Of a stretch of 64,000 bases of DNA, positions 47,196 through 55,315 are shown in pieces. The notes below the pieces were generated by a model, which was not told the DNA's origin, did not search any database, and saw only the letters and a list, made by a program, of their open reading frames with translations. How positions within the stretch are numbered: the first letter of the stretch is position 1; each line of letters starts with the position of its first letter. The DNA lies in the IMG/VR virus record IMGVR_UViG_3300027719_000003, positions 1 through 64,000 of that record. One strand, written 5' to 3'. A program made the translations under genes and the position numbers. The stretch is from a virus.

Positions 47196-47660
47196 TTACT
47201 CATCCCTTCCTTTCTTCTCGTTGAGGCCCCTACGAACCTCATCGCTTCCATCCTTGCGGACACCGTTATAGTAGTCCTTGCTCCACATAGAAACCAGATT
47301 ATCAAGCATCCCCTTGCGATGGTCTAGGGCAGTCGTAGCCGCATAGAGGATGTCCACCTTAGCCTGAGCCTTACGAAGCGCTTCACGGGCCGTCAGCACC
47401 TCGGTATCCTGCACCAGCAGGGCGGTAACGACAGCTTCCGTTACCTTCATATCATCCGGGGGATTCCGGCGTATATATATCTCACGCTGGCCGAGTATAA
47501 GCTCTAGCTTGTCCTTGCACGCATCCCGCTCGGCCCTCGCATTGGCCTGTTCCTCGGCGTAGAAATGGTAGAGACTCGGCTGAAGTTCACAATCCTCATC
47601 GAGCTGGAAACGGTTGATCTTTACATCTTCCGCGAAATCGTCACCAAACGTAATGCTCAT
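47196..47660 (-). CDS. recombination mediator (UvsY-like)
   Basis: Helical; KVTEAVV...ALDHRKGML pattern; adjacent to SSB and RecA. Confidence 0.65.
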   Translation of the reverse strand: MSITFGDDFAEDVKINRFQLDEDCELQPSLYHFYAEEQANARAERDACKDKLELILGQREIYIRRNPPDDMKVTEAVVTALLVQDTEVLTAREALRKAQAKVDILYAATTALDHRKGMLDNLVSMWSKDYYNGVRKDGSDEVRRGLNEKKGRDE

Positions 47661-47663
47661 ATA

Positions 47664-47861
47664 CTACCTCTCATTGAGATCCCAGATAATAAGTATGACT
47701 ATCAGAAATAGTATACCCAGTATGGTCGAGAAGATAAGGGGGCTAAGTACCCAGAACCACGACCAGTGTATGATGCCTCCCAGTTTAAGGCCAATGAACA
47801 GAACAGTAAGCAGTCCTGAAAAACCAATGCCCCCTGTGGAGACTTGCCTAGAATCGCTCAT
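47664..47861 (-). CDS. small membrane protein
   Basis: GGIGFSGLLTVLFIGLKLGGIIHWSWFWVLSP motif. Confidence 0.75.
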   Translation of the reverse strand: MSDSRQVSTGGIGFSGLLTVLFIGLKLGGIIHWSWFWVLSPLIFSTILGILFLIVILIIWDLNER

Positions 47862-48139
47862 TCATCCTCCTCCATGTAATCGTCATCATCATAATCGAGG
47901 AAGTCAGCATCGTACTCATCCTCGATTTCCGCATCCAACGCTCGCCGCTCCTCTTCGGGGTCAAAGCAATCGGCACATACCATACTCGCTACCCCCCATC
48001 CATCTGCCTCAAGGGCCTCCTCTATTGCTTGTTCTATCGACATAGGGTTAATACCACTAAACGATACCATATGTTTCACACCACACCGTGAGCACTCTAC
48101 CGGGGCTTCCCCTTCAAAGCAATACCGTTCTGGAATCAT
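47858..48139 (-). CDS. hypothetical Zn-binding acidic protein
   Basis: CxxC...CxxC, acidic tail. Confidence 0.6.
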   Translation of the reverse strand: MIPERYCFEGEAPVECSRCGVKHMVSFSGINPMSIEQAIEEALEADGWGVASMVCADCFDPEEERRALDAEIEDEYDADFLDYDDDDYMEEDE

Positions 48140-49278
48140 TATAGCCCCCACTGAAGAAGATATGAAGGAGAGACAACCTTTAGCGAAAAACGTTTCCCAT
48201 TCATCTTAGAAACACCATACGGTTTATTGTCCAGAGACCGCACCACAATACCCTCATTAAAGGTATCAGGATTGAATCGGTTCTTAGTAGTGGCATACTT
48301 TATCCACTCATCTACTGTCGTTCCTATAGCACCTATCGTCGTATTGGATTCAAGTTCATCTATATACTGAAGCGCTTCAGGATTGCCAAGGAGAGAATGG
48401 AAGCTCTCTACGGCGAATCGAAGTTCGTTAGGATTCAAATACTCTCGCTGTACCATGTCCCACATACCATAGACAAATAGAACGGGTCTTTCTAGTTTGT
48501 ATTTATTGCCCTGTATTCCCGGCCCACAAAGTTCACCCTGAAGAGCGAAGTCCTTTAGCTTCATAGACTTCAGGAACTTCTCGGTAAACCCAATCTCCTT
48601 GATGATGTTCCAGAACGCATTATCCTTATACGTCGGAAACCAAACATTCCGGGAACACACAGACAACTTGCCCTTATGCCAGATCATCGTCAGAGAGGAG
48701 CCATCCATCTTCTGCGTAATGGAAATCGGCAAGTCCTTGTACGTCTCAAGAAAATTAGGGCCGAAAGCCTGTAGTCGTGTCTCATCCGTCTTCGGAACAA
48801 GATGAGTGGGGAATGAGTACCCGCCGCCGCCTCTGACCTTTCTTAGTATGAGATCACGAACAAACGGAATCCTCACTAGAATGTAGAACCACCACGGACG
48901 CTTTTTAGGCTGAGTAGACTGCCCTACAATCTCTTCAGGATCGTACTTGGTGACGCCTAGTTTCTTTGATACATCCTGTCCTTCAGCTACACGCTTCAGT
49001 TCGGGGAAGGCAGACAATGGCATAAAGAGTCCCTGTGAGGTAACTCCACGTAACTTTATTGTCCTAATTCTAAACTTGCGCTCCTTGAGGAATTCAAACG
49101 CCGGAGTGTTGGGGACAATGCTATCAATCTCAATATAGACACCAAGATCGCCTACCTTGAACTCGTCGCGTTTCACGACACATTCCCACCCAAGAATCGT
49201 AGCCTTCTCTATCTTGTCTGCCCCATCGATAGGGCTAAGGGCTACACATTTTTGAATACTCGCCATTTGTCTATCCAT
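48139..49278 (-). CDS. ATP-dependent RNA ligase (DRB0094-like)
   Basis: PIDGADKIE N-domain, KTDETR, KMDGSS, QGELCGPGIQGN, EGIV, K motifs. Confidence 0.9.
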   Translation of the reverse strand: MDRQMASIQKCVALSPIDGADKIEKATILGWECVVKRDEFKVGDLGVYIEIDSIVPNTPAFEFLKERKFRIRTIKLRGVTSQGLFMPLSAFPELKRVAEGQDVSKKLGVTKYDPEEIVGQSTQPKKRPWWFYILVRIPFVRDLILRKVRGGGGYSFPTHLVPKTDETRLQAFGPNFLETYKDLPISITQKMDGSSLTMIWHKGKLSVCSRNVWFPTYKDNAFWNIIKEIGFTEKFLKSMKLKDFALQGELCGPGIQGNKYKLERPVLFVYGMWDMVQREYLNPNELRFAVESFHSLLGNPEALQYIDELESNTTIGAIGTTVDEWIKYATTKNRFNPDTFNEGIVVRSLDNKPYGVSKMNGKRFSLKVVSPSYLLQWGL

Positions 49279-49289
49279 ACATTACCTCC

Positions 49290-50192
49290 TTATAACATAC
49301 ATGAATCATAGCACGCTTTGACCAATCCCGCCTTACCACTTGTGTAAAAGGGTTCACTAAAATATCCGATAAACGAAGCGATCCGTCTATCCGCTTTCCT
49401 TAGTAACACACTAGTCATATATCCAAGCACTGCGTATCGAATGGACTCCCAATCGGTAGTCTCCAAAGCAGATATTATTGCAGACACTTCCTTCCATCGA
49501 GGCTTATCCTCCATAAGTATTCGGCACAGATTGATTGCGGCTGAACTAGCTACATCAGCTTCTATCGCCTCTAGTGCCTCCTCTTCCGTAAGCCCTATCA
49601 CCTTTTCCAGCAGAACAAGTGCCCTCCTTGGTGAACCTTCAGCCTTAGTAATAAGCGATTCTAACACATCAATCGAAACTTTTTTCTCTTCCGCGTTCAG
49701 TACACGTCGGCACAATATAAGCAACTCGTCCTCGGACAACGGCTTGAACTTTACCTCAGTGCATCTTGAGCGGATAGCAGAGATAATCTTTGTCGGTTCA
49801 GAGCTACAAAGAATGAAGTACACATTCTCAGGAGTATCTTCCAGAATCTTGAGCATCGCATTCTGGAAGTCATTAGAGGCTTTATGCACCTCATCCAAGA
49901 TGTATACGAGAGGGGCCGTTACAACGTATTTGGTATCATCGATAATGTTACGGGCGGTTTCAATACCACGATTATCAGCAGAATTGATTTCTATGATTGT
50001 ATCGGATTTTACGAAACTTGTCAATACCCTCGCCATAGAAGTTTTACCAGTTCCAGCAGGGCCGGAAAAAAGGTATACTCGTACCGGATTAGGCTTACTC
50101 AGATTTTGCTTTAATGATTTTATCTCGGAAGCATTACCTACGAATTCCTCAAACGTCGTCGGTCGGTATTTGTTGTATAGACTCACTAGCAC
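49290..50192 (-). CDS. clamp loader / DNA pol III gamma-tau-like AAA+ ATPase
   Basis: KYRP.TF, GPAGTGKT, DEVH, SRC. Confidence 0.92.
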   Translation of the reverse strand: MLVSLYNKYRPTTFEEFVGNASEIKSLKQNLSKPNPVRVYLFSGPAGTGKTSMARVLTSFVKSDTIIEINSADNRGIETARNIIDDTKYVVTAPLVYILDEVHKASNDFQNAMLKILEDTPENVYFILCSSEPTKIISAIRSRCTEVKFKPLSEDELLILCRRVLNAEEKKVSIDVLESLITKAEGSPRRALVLLEKVIGLTEEEALEAIEADVASSAAINLCRILMEDKPRWKEVSAIISALETTDWESIRYAVLGYMTSVLLRKADRRIASFIGYFSEPFYTSGKAGLVKACYDSCML

Positions 50193-50808
50193 CTCCTACA
50201 GATGAATAGAATTTCATACGGTCTTCTAACTCCATACCTCTATATTCTTCCTCCATCCTATTCCAGTAACAGCATGTACGCTTACCTTCAGGGCATCCAC
50301 CACGATAAACGCAGGAGGGTACCATGCCATAATGCATTGCCCAAGCGAATTCAGCGGGGTCATCCTTAATCGTGTCCCCGAATAGCTCTCGGAATGCAAC
50401 CTTCACATTCATAGCCCAAGTTCTCGTCCACTTAGAGGCAAGGTGGCAAAGCCTTTGATGTGACATAGAAAGAAGAGCATCAGCAGGCCACGTACTTACA
50501 TAGATGCGGGGAGCAGAGGAGCTAGATGGCCTCGGCTCTCCTGTCCAATCAGGGCGCTTCGATTGCACGTAATGACGGGGATGCCCTTTCGTATGACGTA
50601 CAAGATGTGACACGACATCAGAGCGGCAGTTATCATCCGTTATGCGTATCCTCGCTTCGGCAAGGACAGAATGTTCAGCTATGACGGCCTCCATAGCGAA
50701 ACGCTCCATGTCCTTGGGTGACTGTAGGCTCAACTTGCCCTTAGTCGCCAAAGCGGCATAACGGATATCAGCCAGTGGTGAGGCGTTTAGAATCTCTAGT
50801 TTTAGCAT
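50149..50808 (-). CDS. ThyX/Thy1-like flavin-dependent thymidylate synthase (divergent)
   Basis: AEHSVL, HLVRH...VQSKR, QRLC, VPSCVYRGGCPE. Confidence 0.7.
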   Translation of the reverse strand: MLKLEILNASPLADIRYAALATKGKLSLQSPKDMERFAMEAVIAEHSVLAEARIRITDDNCRSDVVSHLVRHTKGHPRHYVQSKRPDWTGEPRPSSSSAPRIYVSTWPADALLSMSHQRLCHLASKWTRTWAMNVKVAFRELFGDTIKDDPAEFAWAMHYGMVPSCVYRGGCPEGKRTCCYWNRMEEEYRGMELEDRMKFYSSVGGASESIQQIPTDDV

Positions 50809-50817
50809 TATTCCTCC

Positions 50818-50997
50818 TTACTTAATGCACACCTTGGGCTTATAGAATATAGCCAACCCCGCAATGAATAGTCCAACCTGTATACAGAAGTTACGGAGCA
50901 GGGTCTCTGCTGTAGACGGAAGTAATGGGAGCATTATCCCAAGGGTAAACGTCGCACCCAGAGAAAAAACCAGCGATCGCCAACGATAATCGTTCAT
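50818..50997 (-). CDS. small membrane protein
   Basis: Two hydrophobic segments. Confidence 0.5.
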   Translation of the reverse strand: MNDYRWRSLVFSLGATFTLGIMLPLLPSTAETLLRNFCIQVGLFIAGLAIFYKPKVCIK

Positions 50998-51007
50998 AAA
51001 ATCATCC

Positions 51008-51283
51008 TTATCTTTTTTCAAACAAATGGAACACAAGAGTACCTGCTCTCATCTGAAACGTCCCTACGAATTCAGAAGCATCACAGACACAGGGGTGCCC
51101 AGTTCCATGAATGATAAAAGTTCGGTTAGTGGTGTCTGCTTCCGTGTCAACCAGTGCCCACATACATGGTATGCCGTCCTGCATCTGAACAGACAATACT
51201 TCCGCACCTTCTGGCATAGCGATTATCTGTTCATCCGTTATGGCAAGCGGGAACTTCCATATACTCTTCGTGATACTCTCCAT
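51008..51283 (-). CDS. conserved phage protein
   Basis: IWKFPL...MPEGAEVLSVQ...WALVD...GTGH...GTFQ...VFHLFE. Confidence 0.8.
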   Translation of the reverse strand: MESITKSIWKFPLAITDEQIIAMPEGAEVLSVQMQDGIPCMWALVDTEADTTNRTFIIHGTGHPCVCDASEFVGTFQMRAGTLVFHLFEKR

Positions 51284-51293
51284 AAAATCCTCC

Positions 51294-51500
51294 TTACTTT
51301 CGCTTCACCATGAAACGTTCTCCATCGAACCCATCCTTTCCTTGCTTACATGCTTCCTCAATTTGTAGTTCATAAAATTCAGTGGATTCTTGAAGTCGTG
51401 CTACTTGTTCCCTCAACTGCTGTAGCTGTCGAGAATATGTAGCAAGAGAGGCCGTCATATTCCTAAGACATTCTCGATGCCATTTTATGGACATTTTCAT
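51294..51500 (-). CDS. hypothetical coiled-coil protein
   Basis: AAGGAG RBS; promoter TTGACT-17-TACACT at 51519-51547. Confidence 0.65.
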   Translation of the reverse strand: MKMSIKWHRECLRNMTASLATYSRQLQQLREQVARLQESTEFYELQIEEACKQGKDGFDGERFMVKRK

Positions 51501-51558
51501 ATGATGCTCCTTATCAAGAGTGTACTACATTTTTACATAGAAGTCAAGTTATTATGAA

Positions 51559-51580
51559 TCAGGTTAAATCTGTGTTAGCC
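51559..51580 (-). mobile_element. truncated attC-like site ending cassette 3
   Basis: GGCTAAC...TTTAACCTGA; inverse core complementary to cassette start GTTAGCC at 51857-51863. Confidence 0.6.
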
Positions 51581-51786
51581 ACCCCATTGGAACTGCGTTT
51601 CAATCCCAACTGTTCCGGGTCTAGGTAAAACACGGGGCCACGAAAACCGCAAGCGCACCACACGTTTACTATTTGTCGCCCGTTTTCGTCCGTGTATCCT
51701 TCCGGCCCATGAAGCTCATGCCCACAATCTTTTGGAAGATGCGAAAACGGGCACTCGTACTGCGAATAATCGAAAATGTTTTTCAA
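51559..51786 (-). CDS. cassette 3 ORF, Cys/His-containing hypothetical protein
   Basis: TTG start after GGAGG; stop inside attC half-site. Confidence 0.65.
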   Translation of the reverse strand: MKNIFDYSQYECPFSHLPKDCGHELHGPEGYTDENGRQIVNVWCACGFRGPVFYLDPEQLGLKRSSNGVANTDLT

Positions 51787-51856
51787 GTGTTCCTCCAATG
51801 GGGCTTGGGCAGTAATCGGTATAAGCGGCCCCAAGCGCTTATACCGTGGACGATCT

Positions 51857-51918
51857 GGCTAACATTTGCTTAACCTGCAAGGCCGTTAGGACTTGTCAGG
51901 TTCAAGCTGTTATTGGGT
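51857..51918 (-). mobile_element. attC-like site (62 bp)
   Basis: ACCCAAT-AACAG-CTTGAACC-TGACAAG...CTTGCA-GGTTAAG-CAAAT-GTTAGCC. Confidence 0.8.
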
Positions 51919-52112
51919 GCTATGGGCGCTTCCGGTATATGCATCCAATGGGTGTATCCCTTAATAAGCATACACTCACGACGAAAATCATCATCCCAAG
52001 GCCCAGTGAAAGCGCCATGATCTGCCAGACGTTTTTTATGATGATCGTCCCATACGTCGAAACGCGTATTAAGCGGTGGAAGTTCTTCTGTGACGCTAAT
52101 CCATCCAGACAT
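51870..52112 (-). CDS. cassette 2 ORF, DUF551-like phage protein
   Basis: WISVTEELP...THWMHIPEAP; ATG after GGAGG; reads into attC. Confidence 0.8.
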   Translation of the reverse strand: MSGWISVTEELPPLNTRFDVWDDHHKKRLADHGAFTGPWDDDFRRECMLIKGYTHWMHIPEAPIAPNNSLNLTSPNGLAG

Positions 52113-52181
52113 AATTCCTCCTGTAATCTCGCCCGTAGCTTGGCGCGTGTCCGCGTAACTTGTTACGCGGCTAAAGCGTCC

Positions 52182-52231
52182 ATCCAACATTTGCTTAACC
52201 TGCTTTAGTCAGGTTGAAGCAGTTGTTAGGA
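52182..52231 (-). mobile_element. attC-like site (50 bp, minimal)
   Basis: R'' TCCTAAC, 5-bp spacer, L'' CTTCAACC (extra C), TG-A-C stem (extra A), loop TAAA, L' GGTTAAG, 5-bp spacer, R' GTTGGAT. Confidence 0.85.
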
Positions 52232-52519
52232 ACTATTGTATTTGTCACACAACGCTTTGATCTTTTCTGCGACTTCACGGAATCCATTTTCCTTTCCGCC
52301 GTATTCGCGATCAATAATAACCTGAGCCATTTCCGGCGCAAGAGCAATCAAGCGCATGTTTATTTCGCGCTGTTCGTCGTCGCCGTATCCTGTATAATCG
52401 TCTCCGCATACGTCGAGCGAGTACGCCATTCCCGGAGCTTTATCTGCCTCAACAAACGGCGCTAGACCGTGCGAACTTTCACGAATCTTCCACGGCCCTT
52501 TAGTCCACGGTGTTTTCAT
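52226..52519 (-). CDS. cassette 1 ORF, phage hypothetical protein
   Basis: TKGPW...NMRLIALAPE motif; TAA stop within R'' of attC. Confidence 0.75.
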   Translation of the reverse strand: MKTPWTKGPWKIRESSHGLAPFVEADKAPGMAYSLDVCGDDYTGYGDDEQREINMRLIALAPEMAQVIIDREYGGKENGFREVAEKIKALCDKYNSS

Positions 52520-52592
52520 GCTCTTTCTTCCTTTCGCGGATTGTCCGCGTATTGGCGTAGCCGATATGCGGCTGTCCGTCGTCCTAACAAGT

Positions 52593-52631
52593 ATTATACC
52601 TATCGGTATAACTACATCCAAAAATCCCTAT
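52593..52631 (-). promoter_or_regulatory. 39-bp repeated promoter/attI-like element, copy 2
   Basis: Identical to 2183-2221; 4 bp upstream of GTTAGGA core; a standard phage promoter (TTGACT-17-TATACT, 52644-52672) lies just upstream. Confidence 0.8.
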
Positions 52632-52676
52632 GTTCTTGCCATAAGTATACCGCATCTCCCTGCAAAAGTCAAGCAC

Positions 52677-53270
52677 TTATGGCAGTTCCTCCACCGATTT
52701 CACCATAGGAATTCCCACCCCTATAGCCACGGCTTCCTCCACCAAAGCACCCTTAGACTTATCATATCCCGGCAGAAGCAACACCCAGTCTGCATCCATC
52801 ATGGCCCGAATATCTTCCCGCATATAATCCTGCCACGTCTTCCATTTAGAGACGATAGACAGATCAAATGGGCTTATTGCCGTGTACCCCTTAGCCTCTA
52901 CCGCCTTTACCGCTTCAGCGAACGCTTCACGATTGTAGTTCACTATCCCCGTAATAGGGCCGGATATATACACCCGCTTCCCATTCACATGGCCTTGGTG
53001 ATCGAACCAGCCTATATAGTATAAACAGCATATAGCGTGGGCAATGTGGGGAAGACCAGACTCCCTATCGATGACTTGGCCCATAGCCCGCTTCCATAGA
53101 TGCCGGAAGGCGGCGGCTATATAGCGTAGCTTGGCGTTGGGCACCTTCTTCCAATTATCGGGGGAATACTTCTTAGCCCCGAACGTGAGCACCTTGGCTA
53201 CGTCCTCGTGCGGCTCTGCCGGGATGAGATCGTAGCGTAACTTGTCCTGATCGTATTTTACACCCTGCAT
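52677..53270 (-). CDS. dATP/dGTP diphosphohydrolase (DUF5664-like) fused to DUF4406-like domain
   Basis: GVKYDQDKLRYDLIP...GAKKY..DNW...ESGLPHIAHA; VYISGPITG...SKGA..E. Confidence 0.85.
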   Translation of the reverse strand: MQGVKYDQDKLRYDLIPAEPHEDVAKVLTFGAKKYSPDNWKKVPNAKLRYIAAAFRHLWKRAMGQVIDRESGLPHIAHAICCLYYIGWFDHQGHVNGKRVYISGPITGIVNYNREAFAEAVKAVEAKGYTAISPFDLSIVSKWKTWQDYMREDIRAMMDADWVLLLPGYDKSKGALVEEAVAIGVGIPMVKSVEELP

Positions 53271-53279
53271 GTTGCCTCC

Positions 53280-54224
53280 TTATTTATAGAACGGATACCA
53301 CGTAACGGTGAACTGAAGTATTTCCCCGTCACGAACTTTACCACTAATGATCCAGAAACCAGTATGGGCGGCGAGACGTTTATAACGCATAAAGCCAGAT
53401 TGTTTCTGGATACACCCCGTGCTGACGGCATGGATGTTGCGGTCAAACACGTAGAACGCCTTATGCGTATGGGATGCCAGTAACACCTTTGGCTTCTCTC
53501 CACCAGTAAAGGCTTCTATGATCTTCTGAACGCGGTAGCTATAGGCGTAGCTAGAAGAATCTTCACCATGCCACAACATAAATGTTGCGCCATTAACGGT
53601 GACAATGCCTTCGTGTATTCCAAGATAGGTAGCATGGGGCAATCGCAATGCCAAATCTTCCCCTATATCCATTCCTACACCAGACTTCGTGTTTCCCCAC
53701 AGATCGTGATTTCCGATAATAAAATATAACGGAAGTTCCCATTGCTTCAAAAGTTCTACAGCCTTGTTTCTCTGTGCCGCATACCCTATTTCGGATAGCT
53801 CATATATCTGCCCCGGCCTTGTGCTCATCCCTTCCAGCACATCGCCCCCATGGAGCATAGCAGTACACCCCTGCTTCTTGCCCTCCTCCATAGCAGACAG
53901 CAGTAGTTTATCTTCAAAATAAATCGAACCTATATGCGTATCAGACAGTACAAGGAATTTGAAGTCTTCCCCCTCAAAAGTAATAATACCTTTTTCTCTC
54001 GGGCGCTTATCCATGTTCATAGTCAACAGGGTCTCTAGCTCACTATCGCTAAACTTATCCCTCACCCTACCAACAATGTCAGCGGTATCTCCGAACTTCT
54101 TCCTGTATTCCCGCTTGTACCTATTAAACGTTTCTTCAGGAATACCGTAGGTCTCAAGCGTCTTAGTGGTGCCGTTCGTAGCCGCTGACTCCACTATCTC
54201 TTTAATACGTGCTTCGCTCGTCAT
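53280..54224 (-). CDS. metallophosphoesterase
   Basis: SDTHIG, GDVLEG, GNHD, HG, SHTH. Confidence 0.88.
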   Translation of the reverse strand: MTSEARIKEIVESAATNGTTKTLETYGIPEETFNRYKREYRKKFGDTADIVGRVRDKFSDSELETLLTMNMDKRPREKGIITFEGEDFKFLVLSDTHIGSIYFEDKLLLSAMEEGKKQGCTAMLHGGDVLEGMSTRPGQIYELSEIGYAAQRNKAVELLKQWELPLYFIIGNHDLWGNTKSGVGMDIGEDLALRLPHATYLGIHEGIVTVNGATFMLWHGEDSSSYAYSYRVQKIIEAFTGGEKPKVLLASHTHKAFYVFDRNIHAVSTGCIQKQSGFMRYKRLAAHTGFWIISGKVRDGEILQFTVTWYPFYK

Positions 54225-54493
54225 CAGTCCTCCTTATTCTTAACGTACAAACACCGTAAGAAGCAATCCGTAGATCCGAATAAAATATCGTAACAATAAT
54301 ATGGTGGGCTAAATACTACTCGACGTTGTACATCTGTACACACCCCTTCTGTGCTACCATAGTAATCAGGGTATATTGCGCCGATTACATGTTTCCCTAT
54401 CCATTTAGATTTTTCTGCTTCAAGGGCGGATTTGGACATAAATACTTTAATAATCCATTTCTGTATATCCATCAAATACCATTGTATAGTCAT
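54224..54493 (-). CDS. hypothetical protein
   Basis: Overlapping start/stop coupling. Confidence 0.55.
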   Translation of the reverse strand: MTIQWYLMDIQKWIIKVFMSKSALEAEKSKWIGKHVIGAIYPDYYGSTEGVCTDVQRRVVFSPPYYCYDILFGSTDCFLRCLYVKNKED

Positions 54494-54672
54494 ACGTCCC
54501 CCTTCCTTACCTCGATCTCATTCCAATCTTTTTGATTAGCTAAAATAGTTGCACATGCATAACAAAGATGAACTGTTCGTTTTTTACCATTTTTTAATGT
54601 AAGAAGCAACTCACCCTTACTCTGCCAAAACCATACAAATTTTTTGCATATCTTACATACATGAAAAAACAT
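54490..54672 (-). CDS. small Zn-ribbon-like protein
   Basis: CKIC...CYAC; AAGGAG RBS. Confidence 0.55.
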   Translation of the reverse strand: MFFHVCKICKKFVWFWQSKGELLLTLKNGKKRTVHLCYACATILANQKDWNEIEVRKGDV

Positions 54673-54684
54673 CTTCTTGTCTCC

Positions 54685-55140
54685 TTATCTTCCCGTACTA
54701 CCAAACCCAGCCACACCGCGTACCGACGGCCCTAGCTCATCCACCTCTTCTATCCCCACTATATCCGGTAGCAGATACACAATACCTTGCGCTATCCGGT
54801 CGCCATGGTTTATTACATACGTTTCATTCCCATGGTTATAGAGCTTCACGCTAATGTCACCGCGAAAACCCATATCCACCACACCGGCGTTGGAAGCCTC
54901 TATCCCAGCCTTAAACGCTAGACCAGAACGGGATTGCACAATCAAGGCACAGCGGCTACCAGAAATTGGTTCCCATGCTATGCCCGTGGGAATAACAGCA
55001 CTACCACCCACGGGAATCTCTACCTACTGCTTATGCGCTGGTAGGCAAGCGTAGAGGTCTAGCCCTGCGTTCAATCCGTCACCGCCACCGAAAGACGGTA
55101 TGGTAGCACGGGGGTCAAGTTTTTTGAAGAGTAGTTTCAC
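54685..55140 (-). pseudogene. dut: trimeric dUTPase interrupted by in-frame TAG at 55024-55026
   Basis: GTG 55140 after AAGGAGG; MKLLFKKLDPRATIP...AGLDLYA...HKQ*VEIP...RSG...GVVDMGFRG...DRIAQ...RGVAGFGSTG. Confidence 0.85.
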
Positions 55141-55315
55141 TGGGCTGTGCCTCCTTAAATATACTTAGTCCTGTCTTTGTCTTTTTAACATAAAAGGTAG
55201 AATCATCTCGAAAAGTGTAGACACAATCTTTGTGTTCATTTTTTAACATGTCATCTATCATGGCGCTTATCTTTTCTGAATCATAGGACTCCATATTGTT
55301 AATAATTACTCGCAT
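55115..55315 (-). CDS. hypothetical protein
   Basis: AAGGAG RBS; fills gap between pol and dut. Confidence 0.55.
   Translation of the reverse strand: MRVIINNMESYDSEKISAMIDDMLKNEHKDCVYTFRDDSTFYVKKTKTGLSIFKEAQPSETTLQKT

Noticed and set aside
46072-47271. 399-aa antisense ORF opposite the SSB gene (similarly 49441-50205 and 21364-22065)
   Set aside because: Shadow frames caused by codon bias of the real genes; no motifs or RBS.
51857-52231. Treating the inter-gene palindromes as simple terminators
   Set aside because: No U-tracts; bulge positions, 5-bp spacers and cassette-specific core complementarity fit attC instead.
52677-53270. Z-genome (2-aminoadenine) pathway
   Set aside because: No PurZ or DatZ homologue in the window.
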